Assembly (NCBI GenBank): GCA_000934665.2
Contig: KZ539218.1
Location: 1 to 45,411 of the forward strand
Reading direction: 5' to 3'
Source: Catajapyx aquilonaris
Taxonomy: Eukaryota
Length of the DNA: 45,411 nucleotides
The translations under genes and the position numbers were made by a program. Shown piece by piece: positions 9,965 through 21,500 of the stretch. How positions within the stretch are numbered: position 1 is the first letter of the stretch; every line of letters starts with the position of its first letter. The notes beneath the pieces are model-generated. The model was not told where the DNA came from. It worked only from the letters and a program-made list of their open reading frames with translations, and did not search any database.

Positions 9965-12900
9965 ACAGACATTACAACCCAGATAGAAAATGGCCGGCAC
10001 GCGTTGCCAGCAATATTATCCTAAAAAACTGATTTCTATCACTGTTCCCAATTCTTTCAAAAAAAAATATATGGGGGGCTCAAACAAGAAGCTCACAAAG
10101 GAGCTAGAAAAATTGTATAATCAGTCTGATGGACAGTGAAAAGAGGCGCGGGCGATGAATGGCTCCTGAGGAAAATTATATATAAAGAGGAAAGGCGGGC
10201 CATTGGGGGGGTTCCTGTATGCAAACAAGCGAGTCTGGCTGAACAATAGAGGGACACACGGTATGTGAGTGTGTGTGTTGTCTAAAAGGAAATGGGTTAT
10301 GGGTGGGTTTGCATTGTAAGAAAAAGTGAAGAGTGGGGGGGAGCTCCCAAACGGAAGCGGAAGGTAGCCCCCCAGCACGGGAGTTGTTATCGCGATTTAT
10401 ATTTCGCGAGATGACCGATATGTTGTAGCAGATGTGAATCGAAAATATTGGCCGTTTGGTGATTTATTGTGGGGGGCATTATTGGGGGGCGGGGATTATT
10501 AATGTGCATAGCACTTAAGATTATATTGTTTATGGTGGGTTACCGCACCTGTGGAGGTCATATATCTGCATAATATAAAGCAGAAAGTTTGTACATATGG
10601 ATATCACTGCTACCTTACCCACTTTCAGACTACTGAGAGTGCTGTAACTTTCCACACCTTCCGCTGACTCAGGGAAAAGTTCGAAAACTGCACTTTTTGA
10701 GTGTAAATACCCAAAATTTAGGTTTTTTGGGGGTTTTAAAAACCATGTTTGTTCTCTGCGGCACATTATAATCAGTTGCCCAACTTGGCAACACTGCCCG
10801 GCTCGTCCTGCACTGCCACTCTCAGGAGAAAGTAGTACATCATGCACGTTGGTGATGAACCAATTCTACGTATGATATAAAATTCATACCGTACGTACGT
10901 AAATATTTCTTTTTTGCTAAATGATGGTTTGAGAATGGGTTGTAGGTAGGGTGTTTAAAAAAAATGGCGATAAAGAGCACGAAGATTTCGTGTGTGAGTG
11001 TTGGGTTAGGGCCAAATATGCGCGGCACCTAACGTGGGGTCACGGGTTCTGCCAACACTTTTGGCCTACCCCCCCTTCCATAGCTACTTTTTTCCCCCCC
11101 AAAATTTTTTTGTGCGTGTCCCATCCCTTGTACCTCCACCCATTTCTTGGTGATGAATGAAGGGTAGCAGAAGTTTTTCTCTGTTTCTCAAGACGGTTAT
11201 TTCCAGACCACCCCAATGATCACGTCCGTCCTAACACATACGGGTGTTTGGTCAGAACTCGTGAGTGCATCTCGCCGTGGCAAAGCCACAATAACGTTCG
11301 TTCGTCGCGTATATATATAGGAAAGATCAAATGTATTTTATGACGCGTTTCAATTGGGTTAGATTGGAAAGGGCGGCCGCTTATTTGGTCGCCGCCAATA
11401 TTTTTCTCCTTTGGTCCTCCCACCCCGATTTCGATTGAAATTTTAGGAATTGATGAGAAGCGCTTAGGCACTCAAAACAAAGCGGCGCGTCGGCTTTTCT
11501 CTCTGAAGGGATTGGGTGAAGGAAGAGAGGGATAAAGACGTGAGGGGGGATACACCAGCTTTTGTCAAAGGCAACGAATAAATACGGCTCGGATAAGTCT
11601 TGGGTTCTTGATCCCACGGCTTATCTACCGGGTGTGCCAAAAAAGTGTCCCAATTTTTTTTGGAGGGGGGCGATAATAAGTCTTGTGATTTGTCCTCTCT
11701 TGTGTGCTGTTTCCCTGCTGCATCGTTGGAGCTGACCCTCTCTCTGCTACTATAGGGGGGGTGATATTGGCTCCCTGGCAAATACCAGGCATTCCGTTGC
11801 CCGAAACAAGAGCTTGCAGTTGGGTGTGCACGGCATGGTAGAGGGGGATGGGGGTGGCAAGGGGGGAGAGAGACCCACCCCGATTTTCATTTCATTTGAA
11901 TTGGACCGGAGTTTCCAGGAGAGAGGATAGTATATGGTTGCACTACGCCCATTTCGTCCAAATCGAATTCAGGAGAGGAAGTTTTTTTTTCATTCCTTTT
12001 TTTTTTCATGTTGCCAAGCCTAGAGCATGAAAGAGGCGATGACCACAGGGATTTTCAAAAGAGTTGCGTGGGATTGTAATTCGTTTTCTTCAGTTATAGG
12101 TGGACTGTGGAGGATTTTTTGGGGGGAGGCCCTCGTTAAAAGGATACCATTCGAGAGAGGGGGATGTTATACACGTCTTTATTGAATTCTGTGAGTGGCT
12201 CCCGGTTTTTATTGGTGGACAGGAGGAATGTAACTCTCTGAAAGGGGGGGCAGGGGGCAGGATGAAACTATTGGCTACCAGGCTCGAGCGCAATGTAGTG
12301 CAGAAAATCATGTGTTTTTGGGCATTCCGAACATTTTAACAAAATGGGGCTAAGGCCGGTCTGGAATTCGCAAAGTGGAAGTCACGCCACATTTTGTAAA
12401 ACACGCCTCATTGATTTTTGCGATATGGCGTTTAAATTTATTTTTAAAACTATACGAACGCACACACACTCGCGCAAATCCATTGTTTCGACAACAACAG
12501 CCTCTAAGGTTCCTTCCAGAGCCACGGTAACGTCGCAAAAGTCGGCCATATTGTTACCCCCCTAAAGGGTAGTGTTGGAAACAGCTCGGCTGTGCTCATT
12601 TAAAAAAATGCATCTATACTAGGAAAACGCTCGCTCTTTTCTAGGCCGTGGGGTACCTATTCGGCGCACCATATCGCCGGGGAATGGACAGTTTCCCCGG
12701 CAACCCAACAGGAGTTGTTTACACCCCATTGCCCATGAGTAGAACGCGGGCCAATGGGGAGGTGGCGGTAACAATATGCGGCGGACCAATCAGAGGGCTC
12801 GGCTAACTCCCGCAATGATTTTAATATTATAGATAGAGCACTTAAGGTGCTTTTTTTGTGTGTAAATATTATGCTTCCGTTCCTTCCTGGACGTGCATTG

Positions 12901-14275
12901 TTGCTCGTGGCGATATAAAAAAAATGGGTTAGAAACCTGGAAGAATGAGTCACAAAACTTTCCTGGCAAATACGATGGGATATTGCCAAGGGAAAAAGAG
13001 TAAGTTGAATGGTGGAGTCAGGAAGCGCTGACCTCCGCTCTAATATTAAACTCCGAGGACGATGGAAATAGGCCTGGATGTGCATCTAAAGGAGTTGCAT
13101 ACAATATGTAACCCATTGCCTGTATCAAACATGGCAAACATGTCTAGTCCAACTGTTTTTTTTTTTTAAACCCTGCCATGCCTTTTGTAGATTTTACGCA
13201 ACTGTTGGAGGGCAGTTATTAAATATAATAAAAGTGGAATGTCGCCTCGGGTGGTGTCAGAAAACTAGATTGACACCGTGACACATTATGCCAAAAATTG
13301 GGAGGGGGTGATCTATTCCCCCCCCCCCAAAAAAAACAGCAAATTGTTGACATGCAGGTATGTGGTCACTTTGTTTTTGACCTCCTAGAAAATCCGTGAC
13401 TGAGACTGGAAAATGAAGCATAATAATCCAGGGTCAGGTGATAATTCGAGTAGGTTCGAGTGTACGTGTGGAAAAAACATGGCGCCGTAATTTGCGGGGG
13501 TAAAATGGTAGGATTTTTTTTTTATAAAGGTGGTAAAGGGGGGGTTGAAAAATAAGGAGGAGTGGCCCCTTAGGGGGGGGGGTGCGCCTTCTAGAGAGTT
13601 TTTGGCCCCCCTCAAAACACCTCTTTTTCCCTTTCTTCACCCCTCATTCCCTGGGCCAGGCCTTATCACGCCGGTTGATGCATGGCGTGTAAATAACAGG
13701 TTAGGCCAAACATGGTTGCCGGATTTTGGGATGGGTTGCCAGGTGAGACACCCGCCGGATTTTTACACCATTTTTTTTTGAAAAAAAAAAAAATTGTGGG
13801 CATATCCGGAAAAAAATTTGCATCCGATTGCCATAAGGTTGGTTTTGGGGGGAAAATTGCTTGATTTTTTGGCTCATAATCGCTCATAACTGTCCGAAAT
13901 AAGTATGGAAATTAGTGTGTGGGGGTGGGCCAGCTGGTGCGCCGCTGACCGTATGCTCCGGAAAATATTTTTGGGTGGTGTGTAATTAAAATAGGCGTGA
14001 TGTAAATCATGCTGAGTTATGCTTCGCACCGTCAGACTATTAATGGCGTGTTGTTGCCCCTGGAGGGACTAACGAGCTGAATTAAATATGGCTGTCGTCT
14101 ATATATAAAAAAAAGACATCACGTCACGCTTTAACTATTATTAGTATTATGCACGGCCGTGTTGGTGGAATATTTTAATAAAATTTGTGACAAAGCAATT
14201 ATTCTAGAAGCGGTTATCACACTGTCGTTTTTACCCCCAACATGTCAGATTCTTGAAGAAAAAAAATAACAAATA

Positions 14276-14466
14276 CAGTTGACTTCGGATATAACATACT
14301 TCATGGGACCGCGGAAAAAGTCTGTTACAGCCTATTGGTGAGGTGAAAATGAATATGTTATATCAGGAGTAAAAATACACAGGGCTTTATGGACGTATGG
14401 CAGGACCGGCCCTTCAGAGTTTGTTATAACCGAATAATCGGAGGCTGTTATATCCGGAGCCAACTG
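14276..14466. mobile_element. Tigger/pogo-like (Tc1/mariner superfamily) MITE family D, complete copy
   Basis: TA target duplication (14274-75, 14467-68). TIRs are CAGTTGACTTCGGATATAAC and GTTATATCCGGAGCCAACTG. Confidence 0.8.
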
Positions 14467-14745
14467 TACATTATTATGAAAGGAAAATGTTTGTTTGTTT
14501 GTCCAGGTGGCAACGTAATCAAAGTGTCTTGTAGTTGTAATGCGTACAATAATATGTGAAATAGCAGTGTGACATAACCCGTTTTCCGATTCCATGGTGT
14601 AATTGACCAGCATTGTGTATAATATAATACATTATTATAAAAGGCAAAGGTTGTTCGTTTGTCCAGATGGCAATCTAAGCAAGTGTTGCATAAAATAATA
14701 TGAAATAGATGTGTGACATAACCAGTTTTCCGATTCGGATTGTGT
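14467..14745 (+). mobile_element. Two tandem copies (~161-bp period) of a Helitron-like 5' segment
   Basis: TACATTATTATRAAAGG.AAA.GTT.GTT.GTTTGTCCAG.TGGCAA at 14467 and 14628; both share GTGTGACATAACC.GTTTTCCGATTC. Resembles insect Helitron 5' ends with (GTTT)n. Confidence 0.5.
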
Positions 14746-16232
14746 ACCCGAAAAAATCATGCCTAATTAAATAGACTGTTAATAAATCATGCTTATTCGG
14801 TGTACCGTGAACACCTTTAGGATATATATGTAAAAAAAAGAGAGTCTGCCGCCTCCACCTTGTTTGTCCAAGTATTGTAAAACAAGGGCGAGTCATTAAA
14901 TCAAAATGGCGTCCACCAGAAGTTGGGGCTTCAACTTTACGACGCCCTGGAGGCGCTCCCTTGGCCGCAATTGTCATCCACCCGTCCAATTTGACTGTGA
15001 GAAACGCAGCAGGGAGTTTTTTGATACAAGTTTACTACTACAGAAGAAGAAGAAGAAGAAGGGGGGAGAGCTTACCATTTACCATCAGACCTGCCAAGTA
15101 TTGAGTTGCACCAACTGGAGAGAGAAAAAAAAGGGGTGCACCGGTTGGGTGGATGCAATGGGGCTTTAATGGTCCATCACATTTTATTATGCGGGTGCTG
15201 GCGATGATAATTCAAAATGGAACTGGTCGACTATGAATTATTTATTATTTTGAGCCAACCATATCGACGCCATTGTAGGCTACGGTTGAAATACAGGCGT
15301 TGGCAGCCATATACATGCGCCATATATGCGAGGAGTATGGTACTAGTTTTCCAGGCTAATTTGACACGTGTTTAGCCATGCACACACACAAAAAAAAGAA
15401 GTCTTAACTTGACATTATTGGACATTAAGCGGATAATGAGTCCACAAAAGAAATTTGGGCCTCTTATAAACCCATCCGGGGCATTCTTTAGCGGTGTAAA
15501 CCTCCCTTGGATTTATAGGCCTAGTGTAATAATTTTCTTGAGCCAGGACTTGATCGCTCTGGAATTTTCCAACGGTGGCAAAACCCTTAAGTTATGACAT
15601 GTTAACGGGCAAGTGAGCACCTACAAGACGCCCCAATGAATGGGCGGATGGAATTTTCTGGGCGGGAAAATTTGTACGTGTCGTGTTACCCACTTTTTTT
15701 ATCCACTTTTTTTTACTGTGAACTCGACTGGACTAAGACAAGTAACTGGCTGCATCGATCTAAAACCCCCAAGGATCGTAAACAAGCAGCTGCTTAAACC
15801 TTACCTTACACTAATTACCATGGAGCTTGTCTTGTTACCTTTTCCTTGGTTGCACAGGCGACAGTTTACTTTACGTCCAATTTCAAAGAGGGGTGTGTGT
15901 GTTTGTGTTTACGATGCTGGTCACTGGCTTCTAATTGCGTCATTTTTTTGTGTGCACTGTTTGGCACCCTTTCCTTTCGGTGTCCTGCAGGTGACGTTTG
16001 CCAGGTGACATTTTGATCAGCGAGGCGACACGTGCCGTCCATCTTGTCCGGATCACGTGTGGCCTCCTTTTTTTTTTGTAGGAGGAAACTCCTTGAACAC
16101 ATTACCATGGTCTAGTAGCCCTAGTTAATTTTAGCAGCTAAATCCGCGAGCCTGACTTATCATCAGTGAAGATTAGCAGTACCGTAGTCATTTGCAATTT
16201 TTTGTGCGTCCATATCGAAGGGCTTTTAGCCA

Positions 16233-16770
16233 TTTTCCTGCCGGAAAACATTTTTCGGTTGGAATTGCGCCGGAATAGTTATTCGTTTTTTCTTTTTAAA
16301 AAATAATGTTTTCCAGCTCCTTACCTGCCGGAAAACAATCTTTCGACTGGAAATGAACCAGTGATAGTTATTCAACATGTTTTCTACCGGTTTTCCTACC
16401 GGAAGACATTTTTCGGCCGAAAATGAGCGGGAAAAGTTTTCGATATGTTTTCTTTATCCATCCTAAAGCATTTTATTTCTGCTGGAAATTAACTAGAATA
16501 GCTTTTTCATGTTTCCCCGAATTTTCTCACCATAAAACATTTTTTTGGCTGGTAAAGAACCAGAAAAATTTGTTATTCACTGTTCTAAACAAGTTGTTTT
16601 TTTTTACCCAGTTTTCGGCTGGAAATTAAGCAGAAAATCGATTCATTGTTTTCATGTTTTATACCACTTTTCTGCACCAGAAAATATTTTTTTGGGGGCT
16701 GGAAATGAACGAGAAAAATGTTATTCGCAATGTTTTTTTTTTGTTTTTTTTTCCAACCGGAAAATGTTTC
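16233..16770. repeat. Degenerate ~70-85-bp tandem repeat, about 8 units
   Basis: Recurrent TTTTCCT.CCGGAAAACATTTTTCGGCTGGAAATGA.C.G.AA..GTTATTC. Confidence 0.65.
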
Positions 16771-17834
16771 TTGTAGATTTTTCGTTCCGTTAGTTTCCGA
16801 GCCCCGCCATCCCACCTGCAGATTTCAACACCTATACATGCACATTACCATAACTCCATCGTGTCCCCCCCTCCAACTCGAATGGGTCCTGACATTTTAG
16901 TCTAACTAAGCGTCGTGGGTCAGGCCCGCTTGGTGACGAAATGAAGCTGGAAAAGCTGGCTTTTCGGTGTCACTTTACCTCTTCCCCCCGCCTATTTGAT
17001 GACGGCCGACCGTCCACCTAATAAATTATGGACGTCCCCCCTGCACATAAAACTTGTTCGCACCTGCACGCTCAGGGCTCTCCAAAAAAAAAAAGCCAAG
17101 CATGGTTAAATACGATTACTTTCGGGATTAATATTTTCGAAAAATTATTTTTCCCCCCTCCAAAAAAGGGGGATGGGTTTGCAGGCATGTAAAGTGGCGG
17201 AACCGATCGGTGTGTTGGCTGCCTCGTTAACCTCTCCCCCTGCAGGCGTTAGTCTCGCCTTGTTAGTCCGGCTAGATCAAGGATGTTCCTCCACCTTTTT
17301 TTTATGTGTATATTCACAGGTTTGTAGGGTGGAAAAAGGGGTGGAGCTCGCACAATAACAGCAAACTATTTTTGCAGTGTCCACATAACATAGGTGCGTG
17401 CCTTTTTACTCGGCCCCCGAACCGCCATAAAACCGTATAATTTCCAGAGCTGTGCTGCCAGGCATAAACAAACCCTGACCGTCACGCATGGCGATGTAAC
17501 ACTCCCCCGTTGTAGACGTAAGGACCCCCCGATTCCATTCAAAATGTTTGAGTCGAAATCCCCCCGACCATTTATCAGTTGCCGAATATATATGAATATG
17601 TGGTTAGTAACATGCAAGGGAATTACAACCAGGTGTGTAATTAACGTGGCGTTTAGTCCGACAGTTTTCAATATATACGCCGGGTTGCCTAATAGAACTA
17701 TTGCGTGGAGTTGTCGGCACGATAGGCGTGGCCTGGGGAATCAGTCAGTATCGCAATTAGCCCACCGTGGGGGGAGGAACGACAGAGGCGGGTATAGGTG
17801 TCTGAAAAAGTGAAGCCGACAAGTACATGGTGCA

Positions 17835-17880
17835 TTTGTGGCGCCAGGAGTTGCTGTCGGCAAAAAGCGCGAATTTGAAA
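17835..17880. mobile_element. MITE family A, left-arm fragment
   Basis: GTGGCGCCAGGAG...GTCGGCAAAAAGCGCGAATTTGAAA resembles the family A left arm. Confidence 0.5.
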
Positions 17881-17899
17881 TATTTTCTTCCGTACAGTT

Positions 17900-18125
17900 C
17901 TGCCGTCAGATATGAGAATACCGTAACTCAATGTCCACTTCCCCTTGCGGCGAGAAAAAAAAGCAGTGGTACCAAAAGCACCCAACAGGTGGAGTTGGGG
18001 TGCCGTTCCTTTTTCCCCCCCTTCCTCCAACGCCACCTCTTGGATGCTTTCGGTAGCACTTGCTTTCTTTTCTCGCCGCAAGGGAAGTGGACATTGAGTT
18101 ACGGTCCTCTCACATCTGACGGCAG
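17900..18125. mobile_element. MITE family B copy 1 (226 bp, ~100-bp imperfect TIRs, 4-bp TSD AGTT)
   Basis: AGTT|CTGCCGTCAGATATGAGAATACCGTAACTCAATGTCCACTTCCCCTTGCGGCGAGAAAA ... TTTTCTCGCCGCAAGGGAAGTGGACATTGAGTTACGGTCCTCTCACATCTGACGGCAG|AGTT. Confidence 0.9.
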
Positions 18126-18137
18126 AGTTCGGGGTCA

Positions 18138-18542
18138 TTAATGGTGTCGTACAGGTGGCGCCACGAGACGATGGCGGCACAAGACTGCCGTCAGATATGA
18201 GAAGACCGTAACTTAATGTCCACTTCCCCTTGCGGCGAGAAAAAAAGCAGTGGTACCAAAAGCACCCAACAGGTGGAGTTGGGGTGCCGTTCCTTTCCCC
18301 CCCTTCCTCCAACGCCACCTCTTGGATGCTTTCGGTAACACTTGCTTTCTTTTCTCGCCGCAAGGGAAGTGGACATTGAGTTACGGTCCTCTTACATCTG
18401 ACGGCAGAAGAGCGAATTGCAAGTTGCCTCCGGATGACCACCTTCACTTGCGATAAAGTGAAGGTGGTCATCCGGAGGCATAACTTGCAATTCGCTCTTT
18501 TTCCGCCATTGTCTCGTGGCGACACCTGTGCGACACCATTAA
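18138..18542. mobile_element. MITE family A, near-perfect palindromic copy bounded by TTAA and interrupted by family B copy 2
   Basis: TTAATGGTGTCGTACAGGTGGCGCCACGAGAC ... GTCTCGTGGCGACACCTGTGCGACACCATTAA. Central hairpin TGCCTCCGGATGACCACCTTCACTT / AAGTGAAGGTGGTCATCCGGAGGCA. Confidence 0.9.
18185..18407. mobile_element. MITE family B copy 2 (223 bp, 4-bp TSD AAGA), nested in family A
   Basis: AAGA|CTGCCGTCAGA...TCTGACGGCAG|AAGA. Removing it restores the family A arm sequence AAGAGCGAATT. Confidence 0.9.
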
Positions 18543-21500
18543 CTGTACGGAAAAATCCTGGAAACTACTGCATAAAACAAAGGCTCAGCCAGAGAGAGGC
18601 CCAGGGTCCTCTTCATTAGCGGACTCTGTCGTCTAATATGGTATAGGCCTAGCCTCTCCCGTGGAAACAGGCGGGCTAAACAGGGTTGCCATGCGACGCT
18701 GGGGAAAGGGAGAGAACCGACCTCAACTCTTCCAATACCTGAGAGAGGAGGGATTGTTACCATGGCGATTCTGAAGTGGAGGTGGGGGGGTGTTGAGAGA
18801 GAGAAACTCGGTGTGAATAATACCCCCATACTCTCTTGTCCGCTTCTGGAGCAGCCATGCTGGGAAATGGCACATAGTCACGCGTTAGAAGGGAAGTAAA
18901 ACCTGCACCCCCAGGCCGAATTTTTATAGCCGACGGAGTTAAATTGTTGCCTCATTAAACCCGAGCCCCCAATTTTTTTTTCGAGAAGAGGGGGCTAAAA
19001 ATCGCGGATTCACAAAGAGCTGTTTAACAATTCCTTTTGTGTGTCACTGGCTCTTTTTCAGTTCAAAAATTGGGCGTCCTTTAACTTTTTTTGCCCAGAC
19101 CCATTTCATATATAAACAGTACAAGTCAACTTGTTGGATAGGAAATGAATCGCGTGGTGCATTGAACCCTGTCGATTATTTGGCTCGACATGGCCCGTCC
19201 TCCCACGTGATCCATTATTTTAGAAACTTCTGTGCGGATCACGCAAAGGTTTTTACTCCCCCACCACCAATGGAGGAGTCATGCAAACTGTATGTCTGTG
19301 TGTGTGTGTTAGGTGCAAGTAGGAGGTGCCCTGTGCGTGTGAAGTAATTTAACGCCCCACGTGTATTGGCCAGGGGTTGAGTTTTCTTTTTCTTTTTTTT
19401 CAAAATGAGGAAATGCAAGGGGATAATCTGGCTACTGTGTTTCAGTTGCGCAGACCACCCGCGCATGCAATTTCGCGTAAAGAGCCGGTGTTTACATGCT
19501 CGCGTGCTGAGCCGATGAATTGACAAGCGTGTGAGAAAAGGATAGCTTACTGGGCGGAATCACTCAGCTTAGGGCATTGTACTGACAGTAATTGTTTGCC
19601 CGGGCTTTTTCTGCGCATTGTTCTGCGCATGTCAGTGCCGTTCTGCGCATGGCTTTGCGCATTTCATTGGCCGTGACCTGATTCAGGTGTATATCACAAA
19701 AGAAGCTCTGTAATTAGTGCATATGAACAAATGGGAGTTCTAGACGACTCATTTCGATGAGAAACATGCAGGGTGTTTCAAATACTGGGGGAGGGTTTTA
19801 CAAAAAAAAAAAGAGAGCTGGGGAAGGCTGGGAGTGTGCTCCACCCCCACTTTGCAGCAAACATTGGGCCGATTCTAATGGGACCCACAATGGTAATGTC
19901 ATTTTAGGGTCGGCGGGGCGCAAAATCCCGCATTGGGACCCGGGCAAGGGTGAAAACAAGAGGGGGGTGATTATCCCAGTAGTTGTATAGGCTGTCAATG
20001 TGGAAATAGGACCCTCTGATAAAAGAAATTATATTCTTTAAAAAAAAAAAGTTTCTTAACTAGGTAAAGGGGACATGAACGCATATGGTTGGCAGGACGA
20101 TTGTTGTCAGAGTGATGCTTCATTAGGGCAGATGTATGGAGAGGGAGGGTCGCATGACCTGGGTGACAGTGTCTCTTGGCCAGATTACAGGGTGACCCTT
20201 TCCACTCGTATAATCCCCCCCTTCCAAGCCCTCCTAGGGTGTCTCATTGTTCGTCAGGCATGCGAATATTTCGCACACTCATTTTACAGGAATTCACATT
20301 GCGTGGAGGGTGCTTCCAATTGTTGTAAGCTATTCGGAAAAAAAAGTTACTAACCATATTTTTTTTTGGCTGCCTGTAAAACACTTTGGGATCCCCATTA
20401 CGTCCGCTTATTATCCGCATAACGGGGCCCCCTGATTAGGCTCATTTTTAGCTCATTTTACGGCCAAGATGATATCTGATGCCACAAAAATTGGCCCGGG
20501 GTTTTTTTTCACTTAGCTCCCAAAATAGCACAATTTGATTCACTATGATCACTTTCTGATAATTTCGTGAGCATAATTTTTATCTGGATGGTGTTGTATG
20601 CTGTCCTGAAAAACATGTGGGAAAAAATCTGGCCGTGCTATCATTTACAGCGATTAACACATGTCCGGTCCTTAAGCAGGTGACCCCTAAGGGCAAAAAG
20701 CCTGGCCCTTGCTGGAATGCGGGGCATCTCCATGCCCGGTTATCTACTCCTTCTCTCGAGGATGATTTAAGATGGTGGTGGGGGCGTGCTAAGACTCGCG
20801 GCATAAATTAATGGCGCTGCAAGCCCTTTTTCTTTTTGGGGAGACCCTCGAGGCCGAAGAAGAAAAAAAATGAATCTTGATTTTCACCTTGGTTTCGCTA
20901 CTGGGTGTTTCGGAAAATCGTGACTTCCATACTGTAGAGACGCCGTCGATAGATGTCGCCATAATACTGACGAAATTGTCTAGTTAGATTTTTAAAAGAA
21001 GATATTTCCAGAAAATATGGTAAAATTGTCTCTTAGGACATACTGTGCATTTTACATTTAGGTTTGGTCCACGATTGTGCATGATATTGGTGGGTATTAG
21101 CCCATAATATCATGCTATGGGCCAGTTTGTTCACAACCCTTAACCAAAGTTATACCGACAAACTTGTGCACTGTAACAACCTCCACCTCAAACTTGGTAA
21201 CTAGTTGGCCCCCACAAAGTTTGGACCCCCACCAAACGTAACTAGTTACATGCCTGGAGCTCCCCCCCCCCCCCTTAAAAAAAATGTCATCCAGAAGTGT
21301 TAATTACACCTTCAGCTTCCAGCACAAAAGGTTTGACTTGTTGCAAGTCATTCAAAACCCTCCGGATACTTACTGTGCAATGACTCTACACATCTCAGGA
21401 TCGATACTTAAGCATGGTTTTCGAACTTTTTATGTGAGGTCCCCAATTTTTTGGTGCAGCCTGGGTTGAATTGAAGAGGGAGAAGGGGGGGTAGCTTTTT

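Noticed and set aside
17698..18525. Longest ORF (275 aa, minus strand) with internal repeats
   Set aside because: It runs through the palindromic MITE A/B complex; the repeated peptides mirror the DNA repeats, and there is no transposase or other domain.
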